This document shows positions 45,401 through 58,548 of a DNA stretch of 64,000 nt, piece by piece. A program made the position numbers and the translations under genes. The stretch comes from Amoebophrya sp. A120 (Eukaryota > Protista > Dinoflagellata). A model generated the notes under the pieces. The model saw only the letters and a list, made by a program, of their open reading frames with translations. It did not search any database and was not told the DNA's origin. The stretch lies in assembly GCA_905178155.1 (NCBI GenBank), contig CAJINV010000007.1, forward strand, positions 1,774,331 to 1,838,330, written 5' to 3'. Position 1 is the first letter of the stretch. Every line of letters starts with the position of its first letter.

Positions 45401-48400
45401 GGGCGGAATGCTGCTGAAATGGATCAACAATCTTCCGCTACAACAGGTCGAGACGAAGATAGGGACAGACACCACCACCATCGGCAACATTCCAGTGTGG
45501 CCAAGGATCGGCGGAAATTGTCCACGAAAAACGATGAGAGCGCGACTTCTGGCCCGTCTCAACAAGCTGGGGGACTCCTGGACCGTTTCATGAGCGGTGC
45601 GTTCTTCGGCGCCGGAAAGAACACGGAAGGAGAGCATAACTCAGCGATGGTCCTCTCTTCCGGTACCGACGAAGTAGATGGTGCCACTTCCGGCTCAGGA
45701 TCTACGCTCAGTCCCGGCCCTTGCTTCGGCTTCACTTGCTTTGATCCCTGGGACCCGAAAAACCAGGTTCCAGAACATCCGAAAGAATTCGACCAGTACA
45801 CGGTGCTTGCCGGGTTCGGTTCCTCAACATCTCCAGATGGACAATCAGAAGCAGGACCACCGCGACCACGTAGATGCGCAACGGTCTGGGAAAGCAACGA
45901 CAAGGACCCAGCAAGTCTGTTCTTCGCGACGAGATCTCCTCTGGAAGCGAAGACAACGACAGGTAAAAGTTGGTCGGCTGAGGAAAATCTGCAAGTAGGA
46001 GATCGGGTTGGGTTGCTGCTTGGGAGGAAAACCGCAGACAGCCCCTGGTCGCTCGGGCTCTTCGTGAATGGGAAACCGATTTTGTTCAGCAAAAAGACTA
46101 AGACGACAGGTGGAAGGAGTAGAACTACATCTTCACGGCAAGGTACAATAGATAACGCAGATGAAGAGGATGATCATGATGAAAAGCAAAATGATGCTGA
46201 TGATCCAGAAACGCATTTGGTCACCGTTCTTCCGACCGCGGACCTGATCGAAGAGGGCGTGTTCCCCTTTGTCCACCTGGGCGGGTCGAACCTCCGGACG
46301 GTCAAACTCATAACGGAACTCAGCGACTACAAGGCCTGTCCCTACTTTTTCACCGGAACCGACGGCGCCTTCAACAAAGGACGGATTAGGCCTTTTTTGA
46401 ACAACAAAGCGGGTAGCTCTCTCTGCAGCGGATTTTTACCGTTCGCGGCTACAGCAGGAGTGAAGTTCTTTGCGAAGGAGGTGGACGCGGTGGGTTCTCC
46501 GGTGTTGAAAAAAGACCCTCGTCGCGGCGGCCAAAAAAACCGCGCAGGGCAGGAAGTGTTTCCAGACGAGGTCTACCACGAAGCTGACGTGAGAGTAACT
46601 GGTGGCAGTGTAAGTACGTCGCCTGCTCCGACAAAGCGGAACAAACCGGCCCTGTGTGTCGTTGGAAACGGCCCGCTCATAGCACCCACTGCTCCTCCTC
46701 CTGCATCAGACGGCACTGAAAACGGAAATGGCAAACAGGCATTCCGCTTCTTCGAGGTACAGGTGGATGTTGCAGTAGCTTCCACTTCTAGCACGACTGT
46801 GGAGCAATCATCAACCATGACGAGCAAACACCCCGCTCCTGTCCAGCTTGCCCTCGCTCTCACGACGTCTGATCCGACAAAGGTTGTGAGCGCAGCCTAC
46901 GATCTTAAGGCATCAACGGCTTGGATCGCAAAATTTACCGAGTTCGGAGTAGACTTCGTATCGCCTCCACCTGCTGTCGGAAGTAAAGCAAGCAAATCCA
47001 CTCCCAGCGTTGAGAGGTTCTTCGGCGCGCCAGCAGATGTTGATCTTCCATTACGAGCTGGGACGAACAAGAAAAGCGGTCCCACCACTTCCATGCGCTC
47101 CTTCGCGCTACTACATGACAGAAATAAAGACGAGCTGAGCATTTTTGTTGATCGCTGCTGCTATGGGACGATAGACGGGTTCGGAAAGAACTTTGCGAAA
47201 AGCCTCCACGGCTTGTATCCGGTGGTGGCCGTGCTACAGCAGGACGAGCCGTCTTCAGTCACTTCGACAGCACCAGCTGCCGCAGTGCATCTTCGACTCA
47301 TCGAACTCCTCCCGACGGATCCGGTGTTTAACAGGAGAATCAGGCCAACATTGAAATTTGCGAGTGACAGGCCATTCTCGAAGTTCGTGCAACCAGTACC
47401 CTCGTCCACCTCGTCTTCTACCACTCGGCCTGGAGGAATGACCCAGATGGTCCAGTCAGATTTGATTTCGGCTGAAGTCGGCGGGGTGGAAGGAGCAGCA
47501 GCGCAGGAGAACGGGAGCACTCTCCGAGGTTTTCCCACGCCCGTTGTCGGGGACGGAGCCTTGCCGGCGTGGAGGGTTGTGAAGGGAGATGATCAACAAG
47601 AGGACGGAGGAGAAGCATCGGCAGAAAGTTTAGCGTTCTCTTTTGAAGTAGAAATCGAACGCGTGGACGAGGAAAGACGCAGGGATTTACAGGAGGAACG
47701 GCTAAAGGCAAACGGACAAGGAATGTTGGCGCATTTTGAGGAGGCGAGCGCAGCAGCAGGTGCTGCTGCAGGAGCTGGAAAATTAGCGTCGAAACTGCGC
47801 GAGGGGTTGCATCGTGCCGCGCTTGACGCGAGAAGTTCTTCACGGGGGACAAACACCTCCTCGGACTTCTACACCAGCAGCAGCGCCGCCGCAGGGCGAC
47901 CAAGAGGCCGCGAGCATCAGCAAGATACTTCTGTTGTTCGGAACAAAAAGCGGGGAAGAGGCCTCCTCTCGAGGTTACAAAAGTTTTTCTTCGCTCCGGC
48001 GGAGAGGGAAAGCAGCAAAGAGGACGCTGCTCAACAAGCACTCCACCTTGGTGGTCCGAGCAGTTCCGCTTCCGGTGGAGGCAAGAATCAGGAACAAGAA
48101 TTTCAATTTTCAGACATGGAGGCCCGCTTGAAATTTACTTCGTCCCCGATGTATCTTGGCGCAACCCTCTGCAGTCCGCATATGGTCATGAGCACGGATT
48201 TTATTTCCGGAAATTCTGGTGCTACTTCTGTCTCCGCCGCTGCAACGATATACAATTTTTTCTCCTTTGACGGACCGAAGTACGAGTGTCACTTTGGAAG
48301 AAGCCAAGACTTCCGCACAACCTCCCCCTCCGACTGGGACTGCTTGTCTTTGCAAGAGAAGGACAGACTGCATTTCGTAGCAGAGTTTGACCCGCAGAAG

Positions 48401-51400
48401 TCGCTTTGGTCTTGCTTTCTCTTCGTGAACAATGCTCTGAAAGCCGCCCGGCTGTTTCCGGTTCCGTTACCGGCGACGAAGGGAAGTCCCGACGACGACG
48501 ACGAGGAGCTCCAACGCAGAAACGTTGCACCCGCGACCACGCCAGCAGCTCCAACACCACCCCTCTACCCCATTCTAGGTCTGCATCGAAACGGCTACGT
48601 CCGAGAAGTTCGCGTCGTGCAGCCGTCCTACAAAGAGAAGATCGTCCGTGGTGGGTTCAACAAACAAGTTTCGAAATTTCTCAAAAGTGTCGACACGAAT
48701 AGATTTCTTCATCCGGCGCAGGTCGCATCGGCCGATAGCCGTGGCACTAGTCCCGTGTTTGAGTCCATGTTTCCAAATGCCTTGGCCCCCGCGAAGCATG
48801 TTCTGCATCCCAGAGAAAGAAGAGTCGCTTCTGCTGCCGGGCAAGACCTCCGCTTGAGCCGTTCCAGGATAAGTAGCAATAGACCAGAAGCAGAACGACC
48901 CGGCGGGGATGCAAACAAACACACCGAAGAACATCACCTGCAGTTTTCTCGCGACCGGTCCAGTTTTTTTGCCCGCCACGCTCACCATTCTGGATTGACG
49001 ATGTTTGCGTCGCTAAATCCGTTGAAAGTGCACGCCGTTCGCGAAGTGGAGCAAGTTTCCTTTTTGGTTCGGGTTGATGCGGCGCATGAAAAGATGTCCT
49101 TGAACACGATGCTGGATCAACAAGGTGTGGGTGACGAGGAAGATGACGACGAGGCGCCGAGAAATCCATCCGCAAAAGCGTTCGTCGCAGAAGGTTGGAT
49201 AGGATTTTGCCTCGTGAACAAATTTAGCAGGGATGATGTTGAAGAGAAAATGAATATTACTTCGAATTCTTCTACTAGTTGTGCAAGACCACGACGATCC
49301 TCACCTGCAGCTGAGCCGCACCGGCTCGAAGACATTTCCGTCCCTGTTTTCGTGGCGGATCTTGGGGCTGAGTGCTGGCGTTGGAACACTGGCGAAAACT
49401 ACAGTAAGCCAACAACCGCGTCGGAGCAAGCGAGCAGAAACAAGCGGTCCCAAGATAAATCCCGTCCATCGACGAAGCCTTCTACTTTTTCGAAGGAACC
49501 GTGGAGCGACTACTTCGAGGGCGCGCAGAAGCCGGGTGAGGATATCGATGCTGGTGTGAGCATGCGAGTTGGCGACATCCTCCATCTGGAGATCGAGGTG
49601 CAAACCGGCGTCATCGCGGTCTTCCAAAACGACGAGGTCCTGGCGGTTTCCAGACCAGAGTTTATCCCCGCAGAACTCCTCGCGGCGGTGAAGGATCAGA
49701 CACTTGCGGTTCATGCGGTGTTCGACCTAAAGCACTCACTAAGCGACGACTTGTCTCTCAATACCATCGTCGGGCGACCGCTTTCGCTTTCCTACACAGA
49801 CGCGTGCTTAAGAAGCTTGAAAAGAGAGAACTACACAACTGGAGGACAAGAAGGAGCATCACAACCCGATGAAGATCTCCATCTGGCTTCCTACTTCCCT
49901 AAACAGTTCTCCGAACTCGAGCTCCGCGGCTTTTACGACAAGGGAACGTTTCGCGGTCGTTACGTCCAGTACAGCGACGATGTGCAACAGCCCCCGATCT
50001 CCATGTTTAAGTCCGCCCGGAGGCAGCGCGGGTTTTGTGGCGCTATCGGCGATAACCCGATTCCATTCTACTCTAGTTTGAAAGGTTTGTTTTTCGAGCT
50101 ACGGGTCGACAAAGTCGGCCCGGACGCTCCGGAAGGATTGACACTGGGCGTGACGACAAAAAGCCCGGATGTCCTTCACGACCAAGATGCTCTCTTTCCC
50201 GCCGTGATTAGCGACGAAGTGTTTGACCCCTGTTGGTGCGTCGGGTTCTCCGGGAAATTGTGGCATAGCGGCATTCTGCAGTGGAACGACTTCCCGCAGT
50301 GGCACCCCGGATCGGAGGTTCGGAAAGGGGATAGAGTTGGGCTCTTGGTTGTGGTGGAGGAAGTAACGGTGGAGGAGTTGGGGACGATTTTACAAATACA
50401 ACTCCCAGGAGGCACCACCGCAGGAGTACGAATGGAGCCAACGAGTAGCTCTTTCACTTTCAAAAACAACCAACACGTTCTCGAGCCGGGGCAGCTCTGT
50501 TTGATTGTTAATCGACGGATAGTCGCCGTTGTGGCCTCGAACTTACCCATCAACCGAGATTTCTTTCCTTTAGTCGATTTGCTCGGAAACTGTGAGGCGG
50601 TGACGCTCGTGACGGGAGGGCTAGAGGATTTATTCTCCGCTAGTCTTCAAAACGTTCAAGATCAAACGACAGCAAGTTCACGCCAGGACGACCAGAAGTT
50701 GCTTGAGGCGGCGCGGGAAGATGTGCTATCCCAGCAGAAAGTGAAAGCACAATCTTCTGGAAATAAGAGAGGCAGTACGACCTCTGTTGCGAGCAAAACT
50801 TGGGTTTTGCCCCTCTCCAGAAAGCTGCAAATCGAGCAAACTGTTGCTGTGCGCTACATCGGGCCCCCAAGGTCCGCGGATAGCAAGCTGATGAAGAAAA
50901 AATCTTCAGGCGCGCGCGAAGATCACGAGTTGCATCAATCAGCAGCCACGAACCAACGCTGTCATGTGATGACTTACAGTCCCGCGGCATTCGACAAAAA
51001 ACGGAACGCCGTCGGTTTCGCGGTAAAAGTTGACGAAATGATGGACGACGGGTATAATTTTCATTTTGTTTTTGTATGCTTAGTTCTCGGCTTCGATTTT
51101 TCCAACGTCGAACTGGTATCTCTATCTTCACATTGTCGATCATGATTTTCATTTTTGATTTTGTAGTTACCTCCGAATCAACATTACATGGCATTCGCGA
51201 ACACGGACAAGTTGAACAAGTTCCATCGAGCTAAAAGCTGCACTAGCAGACCACATCACTCAGCCAGCATTTATTTCAATCGCCAACACATTTTTTTTAC
51301 GCACAGTTTCCACCTGGACGGCTTGACCCTTGGTTTAGTCCAAGAATCTCCGCAGCAGTACGTGAAACGGTCCACCATCCCAGCGACTGCCGATTTGCTG

Positions 51401-52963
51401 GAAAATTTCACCGGCACTGGATTCGATGGTTGCAGTGTTTGCGCGAACGGGAAGTGGCACGACGACGCGGCGCAGTTCCATCCCGCGGTGGACTTGAAGG
51501 AGGGGGATATTGTCGCTGTTTTTCTCGCTACAGACAGTGGCACGAAGTTCTTGTCCTGTGAGATCAACGGGGAGGAGGTTCTGGTGCGACCGGCGTCGGC
51601 AGAGGAGGAGGAGGAAGGTGAGGAAAACCAAAAAGCAGGCACCAGTAAGAGCAAGTCAAAAATATCTTCCTCTTCGGCTTCCTCCGCCAGCAAAAGCATT
51701 CTGAACGCAACCGCCACCCCCGACTATTTCGGCGTGGCCGAGCTTCGCGGAGCGGTGACAAAAATCTCCTTTTTGACACTTGCCCAATACGAGAAGGAAG
51801 CGACGAAGAGAAGTGGTGGGACGAACATGAATTTGAAGCTGTCTGCGGTGGCGAAAGCGAAACGGGCCAAGGAGAAGGCAGATAGCAGGTTTCGGCGCTT
51901 GAAGCACTGGGGAGTGCAGAAAGATGTGGTGGAACTGCTGCAGGCGCGGGGGATGGATATTCGAGCGATGGACGATCAAAAGCGACTGAGTAGGACGCTA
52001 AGCGCAGCAGGTAGGACGGTGAACAACAAAGAACAGCCGTTATTGAGCGATAGTGACAGTGTAAGTAATTCACACGATGAACACGCGGACGCTAACTCAC
52101 GGGAAGTCGATCTGGATGACGTGCTTGCAGAGCACGCGGCTGATAAGAAGCCTTTGTCGGTGCTGGAACAAGAGGACTCTGGATCATCTCCATCATCACG
52201 AGCAGATCGGCCCTCGAGACAACAGGCTGGATTGTTTTACTCCGAGCAGGGTTTGCTCAATGACTCCGAGGGTATCGACGATGTAGATAACGCGCAGCCC
52301 ACCTCGTTGTCGTCCGCTTCGGATGATCGCAAAAATCCGCGAGGACGCGCTGTTGATGCTTCTGAAAAACTCAACAGGGACAGAGCAAGGCCACAGGATC
52401 ATAGCGCATCTTCAGTGTCAACATCTTCCAGTGCTTTCAGCCCGTCCAGCAGAAGTAGCTCCTCCTCGTCAGCCAGCAGGTTGAGATCGGCGACGAGAAG
52501 GCACAACGACGAACAGTGGGAGGGCCGTCAAGCAGGACCACCGCGACGCCCTGTCAACGAGAAGAACCGCTCGCACAGGACCAGAACGAGCAGCACGGAC
52601 AGGAATTATGTGAGAAATGCTTACGACTTGTCCCACTTTCTGCAATTCGACGAGGAAATTCCACCGGCGGGCGCAGCGCCAGTACTGGGCCATCCGTACG
52701 GAGGTGGGAGCCGAGTCACGGAGCCGTTTTATTCACCGGTTGCGCAAGAAGAATCTTCGGGGAGAAGTCCTCTTCGCCGACGTCGTAATGCCTCCGGGGA
52801 TCAACACCTTTCTGCTCCTGGTGCTCGAAAGCTCAAACTCCTGACATCGCCATACATCGAGGAGCCGGCGGGCTTTGCTGGACGGGAAGATGAAAGAGGA
52901 AGAGAAGTAGATCTAGATCAAGAGGCATCCTTTTCCTCCTCTTGGACCGTGTCTGAGGAGTGA
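36455..52963 (+). CDS. Giant (~5400 aa) protein: C2 domains, CEP76/CC2D2A-like transglutaminase-like region, multiple NHR/SPRY-like repeats
   Basis: Exon 36455-51051, GT-AG intron 51052-51306, exon 51307-52963 (DDG|FHLDGLTLG). C2-like segments at ~36880-37350 and ~39650-39970. CEP76-like motifs VWQAPDLTLSERSGG.LEH..L...L....PFICVGT....PHVW...VRFWEP (~41180) and YATLDLVFHEGNTYRNLQ...IYFDL (~43625). Repeated F.FEI.V...L.LG.T...GDRVGLL...l.vN...yP..dL units from ~45350 onward. Confidence 0.8.
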
Positions 52964-53828
52964 TTCTGCCACGACTCTATGCATTCATGTAATTCTAATT
53001 GCTGACAATAATTCATCTACTTTCAGACCTTTCATCTGTATATTATGCTGATAATGATAAATCTCACTAAATCAATTGCGAAGCAAAACTGCAAGCGCGA
53101 TTCAAGCAAGGTATCTACTGGTAAAAACGTCCGTGCCACAAGAATATATGTATCCTCAAAATGACATCAATAGGCTCGTCTGACAAGAAGAATATTGCGT
53201 TGTTTAGTAATGGGTTGCACGCAAGAAGTTGTTGAAGTGAAAAGTGAAATTGCAGATGGCACGTAACCTTCGAGCAGCTACGTGTTTGTTTGTGTACTAG
53301 CCGGGTTGTCGGTAAGTCTGTCGATACAAGATTCATCACTATCTGTGCATGTTTTATGACATCGGTTCAATATTACCCATAGCTACGCTAATAATACCTG
53401 GAGTCGCACCAGGTAGCACAGATCGGTACTGATGGCTTCGTGCATGTACTATTTGATGCTAACCTTTCGGACGTTGAATTACTTATCTGTGTTTGTTCAT
53501 TCTCGGTGATTGTGGTGCTGAATTCACTCGGTTGTCCTTAAAATAAAAGCAACGCGCGCATCTCTATTTCATCACTAAAAAGGAAGTAATGTCCTCTGTG
53601 ACGTCGGAAAAATCATCTTCCAGGAGGACCATTCTGGACGAAAACCCAAATTGTCACAAATTTAAAACCTCCTATACTTGTTTCCTGCTGGTATTTCCAC
53701 TTCTTGTCTTCAAAGAAGATTGAGCAGTTTTCCATATTTTCCGACTGTTGCTCTTACTGTTTCTTTAAGCAATAGTACAGCACGAACAGCATCATCTTCA
53801 GCGCAACTTGCACGAACAAAAACAAAAA

Positions 53829-56800
53829 ATGTACGGGTATGAGGGAAGTCAAGGGTACTGCTACGACGAGGAGCGCGACGACGGCAACTACTACGGCGCC
53901 CCACATCAACGACGCGCGGCCCGAGGACGCCACGGCAGCTACTATGATGACGAGGCGCTGCAAAACTACGAGTACGACGACAAGAACTACTACGCCACCC
54001 CAAAACCCTCCGCCCGACGCAGATATCATGGTGAGGGCGAGGCTGCTGCACCCAAGAAGGTGAAGAAGAACAAGAACAATGCGGTGCTTGACGCAGACTC
54101 CATCGAGGTCGAGATGACCACCCCGGACACGAACAGCCGGCGAACCACGCAGGAACCCCCGGGAGCTGGTCCGTTGGTCGCCGCGGAGGGTGAGAAGTTG
54201 TTTCCGAAATCGATGCAAGAAGCCGAAAGTAAGAACGCGATCCAGCCCAAAATCACACGCGGCAAAGGCAAAGCAAGCTGCTGGTGCTGGGGGGAAGAAG
54301 GGGAAGGGCAAGGCGATCAAGGGTCCCGTCGTTCCGAGCGAGACAGGCGAGTCTGAGTCCGCGTTCGATGATGACATTATGCTCATGAAGGTGTTGTTGA
54401 AAATCCGCTCCTACTACCCCTCTACTTTTTGTAATAATATGTGTTTCGCACAATCTTCACAAGCTCAAACATCATAAAGAAAAAGAATATACGCCTAGAT
54501 AGAAATCACGACCGGTCAGCACATGTTCAGTCGCTGTCTGGTTGTCGAGCCCGACTCGAATTTAGGCAACTACATCGTGATAATTTTACACGCACCATCC
54601 AACCGAGGATGAAAGGGATCGTCGGTGGGGATTCTACTTTTTCCATTGCATAGACACTGGCCGCGAAGATGATGACTCTGAATTCGTGGGCCCCCCGCCG
54701 CCAGCACAGAAGCCGGGGAAAGGGAAAGGCAAAAAAGGAAAGGGCAAAGGGGGCCGAGGCAAGAATAAGAAACCAAGTCAGCCCGGCTTCCTGGACAAGG
54801 TGTACGAGGTGTCCAACATGGGCTTAATGCTTGGCGTTTATTTCTCCAGCTTCGCGTTTTGCGCGCTGCTCTTCGGTTTGATCGTCGGACTCAGCCTTTC
54901 CGATCCGGACCCCGAGAAGGGACCCTGCACTCCTTCGGCTAGTAGTACCACTACCAGCGCGGCGGCAAGTCCAAGCCCCTCGCCGGGTACGTCGAGCACC
55001 TCCCCGGCCCCGGCGCCAGTATCACCGACGCCGGCTGCTGCTACATCGGGGTCCGTGTCCTCAACAAGTCCGACTCCGACGCCGACGCCAGCTGCATCTT
55101 CACCGACGCCGACGCCAGCTCCTGCGCCCACCCCTGCTGCGGCCCCGACGCCGGCCGTCGGGGTGGCCGGCTCCGGAGCGATTCTCTTCACCAACGAAGC
55201 GGGAGATTCCAATATGACAAAGAAAAATGCCCCCTCCCCATATCGAAAAGTAAAACGAATTTTGTGATGCTGCATTTGAGTACACAAATCGGCCTGTATT
55301 GCTAGAAGGCCAAGAGACGCAGTTGCGGCCTGAGTTGCAGGCAATTTGTCATGCTGTTTCCCACTTCCAGCTGCCTCCTGTCATGCTGAAGATGCAAGGC
55401 CTTACCACGCCAGCCAGCACTACAGTCCGCATCTTTTGCCTCATAGAATGACAAAGCTGATTTGTGACCACAAATCTGCATCACAGATTTCCGTTTTGAT
55501 ATGGGCAGGGGGGATTTTTCTTGTTCATATCCAACACGCGGCGGCAGCAATTCTTCAAGGACTACACCACGCTGGAAACCGTGATATGCATTGCAAAAGC
55601 ATCGTACTAGTATAAATCGCATGACAAATTTTATCAGGAAGAAAGTTGGAATTTGTAATGCAGATTTGGGTAGGAAACCAGATTTGTTATGCATACCTGC
55701 AATTCATACGAGTGCGATACTTTTGCAGTGGATACGTGACTTTCGACGGCAAATCGATCCAGGCGCGCGCCGTCCACAGTTCCGGAGGTGTGGCCGATTG
55801 GGTGGTCAGCGAGGGCCAGGGCTATGGGGTGTGGATGGGCGCCGCCACCGTTGCGGGCTTTCGGGTGGCCAACAACTATATGGATTGTAAAAATGTCTGA
55901 GTCTCCTGGAAGTTTCTGAGACTTGTCATGCATGTTTTGCATGACCCAGGATGTCTGTAATGCACGACCGCGCGTCACAGGTCTTGAGAGGGCTTCCTGA
56001 TGCCTACTCCGCATGACAAACGCCCTCCCCGCGTAGCACAAACTAGACTCCTCTTGCTGGTCATGCGACACAGATTTTTCTAGAGTCCAAAGTTAGCATC
56101 ACAAGTTCCAATCTTCCACCAGACCCAGACATTTTTACTCTTGATAAACTACCGCAAAGCCACGGGGAACGCCGCTTACAACACGGCGGTGCAGGAAACC
56201 TACGAAGCCTACCTGGGGTGGCGGCAAATGTGCTACCTCTTATGCATTGCAAAAGAAGTACTTATCGTACTCCTAGTATTTTTGCAATACAAATTAGCTC
56301 AGCATGACATCGAATGGAATTTCTCATGCTAATTTAGCTTGAAAAAGAAATTTGTCTTGCATGACTGCGACGAGTACGAGTGCGATAGTCTTGCACATGA
56401 TACTTCTCCCGGGACAACGACATGATCGACCGGTTCTACTGCGGGGCCAACTGCCCCCACGCGGGCGAGCCCCGGACGTCGGCCCCCAACTGTTATCCCT
56501 GTCTGCCCCACTGGAAAACTACGGACAATCTGCAGAGCGTGGTGGGCAAGGGTTCTGCCAGTGACGGGGATCTGGATGGCATCGTGGGCATGATTCTTCT
56601 CGTCATTTCGACGGCCCCGGACCGCGACGAGTACACGGGGACAGGCTCCGATCCGCAGAACACCTGGAATTGGCAGGAGCTCGCGCTGCTCACCTACCAG
56701 TCCTGCAAGTCCAACTTGATGCACAATTTCGTGACGGGCACCGGGGTCAACTCCGACTTTCTCATGCTGAAACTGGGCACCAACTGGGGCGGGTTCGACC

Positions 56801-58548
56801 CGGAGTGCAACAATCCGTCCTACCACGGGCCGGGCGCTTACCGGGCGATGCGCGACTACATGTTGGCCTTCGAAACGATCGTCGGGGCCCCGGCCGGGGA
56901 GGCCCAGGGCCTGGTGGCCCAATGGAACATGGCGGTCGCGGGCACTTACGGCATGCTGAAGGACAACCAGTGCGCCGACAACGGAATGACCACTAACTGG
57001 TTCAAGGTTTCGGCAACGACCAAAGTCGGGACCGGCGGCGGCGACACGTCCTGCAGTGGGTCCGGGACGGACGTTATCGCGGGTGCAATCCACTGACTCA
57101 ACATCGCCGGAAATTGTATCGACAAGGTCGATGTAGTACAAAGTCAATTCTTCCTCGACTCGTTCCTGTTCAATTGTATCGCATATTTTTCTAGATGAAT
57201 TGCTGCCTTGTTTAATATTTTCTTCACGACGTCGTGAAGGTGAAAAGCGGCCAAGCGCCTAATGAAGTATAGTATTCCACCGCGTTCTTGTGTTGAAGAT
57301 CCACATCCCTGTAGTAGTTGTTGCGAACAAAGTATGATGTTGAGTTTTGTGATATTTAAAGTGCATATCCACCACGGAGTACGGCTCTGAGGCGGCCCGT
57401 GGTGTGTGGCGTGTTGCGACCGATCTTGTGTGGTACGGCGACAAGACGATTCCAGAGGGCTCGCAGCCCGAAGGGTTCGTGCGCGACACCACCGTCGACA
57501 GCTACATGGCTTCGTACGCTCCGTTCGGACCCGCGAGCTATCTGGACAAAATGAACGCGCAACTCGACAAAGCCTACGTGGGCGGTTCGTGTGGCGGGGC
57601 CTGCTGGAAGGATGATCTCGCAGTCAGTATTGAAATACTTGAAATAAACGTATAAACCAAACTCCTGTGGTCTTCAAAACAAAATTTTGGTTTCTTTCTC
57701 CATCACTTCTTCGGCAGCTACACTACTAGCAGCTGCAGTTGTGTTGTATCATGAAGGATATTGTCCCATGACATAATTCAACGAAGAGTACTAGTAGAGC
57801 TACATCATGATCAACATCAATAAAAAAAACTTCTACAACAGCGTCGTGGGCGGGCACCTGCCCTGTGAAGAAGATTCACAGCTCGTGGCAATGGAACTGG
57901 TTCATGTTTTGTCCCACCATGACCTCGTTGGTTTACGACAGCCCGATATCCCCTTGAAAAACGACGGCGCAATTATCATCCAATCTTCTCCGCAGCCAGG
58001 CTTCTAAAACTTCTGTCATGCATGCTCCATGCTGCGCTAGTTGTGAACTTAAGCAGTAGAAGAGAACAATTTTCAGACGAGTTTGAGGTTTGTTCTTTTA
58101 CGTCGTCTCCTGCGGATGTTGCCGCCGCGACTCGCAACTACAATGAAACTTCGGAATGATTTCGCTTCCATTTTTTGCGTCAAAACGCAGGAGCCAGCAG
58201 TAGATCGTATTTTACATGATCTTGGCGCCATGGGAAAGAATTTTTGGATGGCGTCGCTTTTGCAAATTTTGATATCCAACGCCAACTTCCCACACCAAGA
58301 AGGAGCTCTTGGACGCCGCCGGGAAGACCATCGGGACGAAGCAGATGGCGAGCTACTATGCCGCTGCCTGGTTGGCGATCGGGACCATTTCGATCAACGG
58401 GGACCTGTTCCGGTGCGGTCAACTGATCCGCGCCATGGCGGTGAATGGACCCAGTTCCACCATGAACTTCCAAAAAGTAATTTTGGACGGGGACACCACG
58501 GTGCTGCACACTGGAGGCGAGGCTTCCGCAAAAAACATGTGGCGGTAA
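53829..58548 (+). CDS. Type II membrane-anchored glycoside hydrolase family 8 (cellulase/chitosanase/licheninase-like) with Pro/Thr linker
   Basis: After removing 7 introners and GT-AG intron 57627-57841: charged N-terminus, TM helix (MGLMLGVYFSSFAFCALLFGLIVGLSL), PT linker, then GH8 motifs VSEGQGYG, CLPHW, SASDGDLD, NPSYHGPGAYR, GMTTNW, EYGSEAARGVWRVATD, YYAAAW. One apparent frameshift near 54275. Confidence 0.85.
54378..54652. mobile_element. Introner, 275 bp, decayed TIR
   Basis: GACAT/GACAC duplication, TATGC...GCATA ends, frame restored (DDD(T/I)GREDDD). Confidence 0.8.
55213..55529. mobile_element. Introner, 317 bp
   Basis: TCCAA duplication, TIR tatga...agaaaaat.ccccct.cccatatc, frame restored (GDSNTRRQQF). 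Confidence 0.92.
55585..55734. mobile_element. Introner, 150 bp (TGCAAAAGTATCG family)
   Basis: CGTGA duplication. Same length and ends as 31302-31451. Frame restored (LETVTFDGK). Confidence 0.93.
55879..56146. mobile_element. Introner, 268 bp (GTCTGGGTCTGG family)
   Basis: AACTA duplication, TIR gtaaaaatgtctgrgtct, frame restored (ANNYRKATG). Confidence 0.92.
56241..56402. mobile_element. Introner, 162 bp (TGCAAAAGTATCG family)
   Basis: CCTCT/CTTCT duplication, tatgcattgcaaaag left end, frame restored (MCYLSRDNDM). Confidence 0.88.
57075..57367. mobile_element. Decayed introner, 293 bp
   Basis: TAT...ATA ends with residual inverted core actcaacatc/gatgttgagt; flanks no longer match. Removing element+5 gives SGTD(A/V)TEYGSEAAR. 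An alternative GT-AG intron 57073-57361 is also in frame. Confidence 0.6.
57947..58274. mobile_element. Introner, 328 bp
   Basis: CCCGA/TCCAA flanks, TATC...GATA ends, partial TIR ttg(c)aaaa.cgacg.c, frame restored (YDSPTPTSHTKKELL). Confidence 0.8.
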
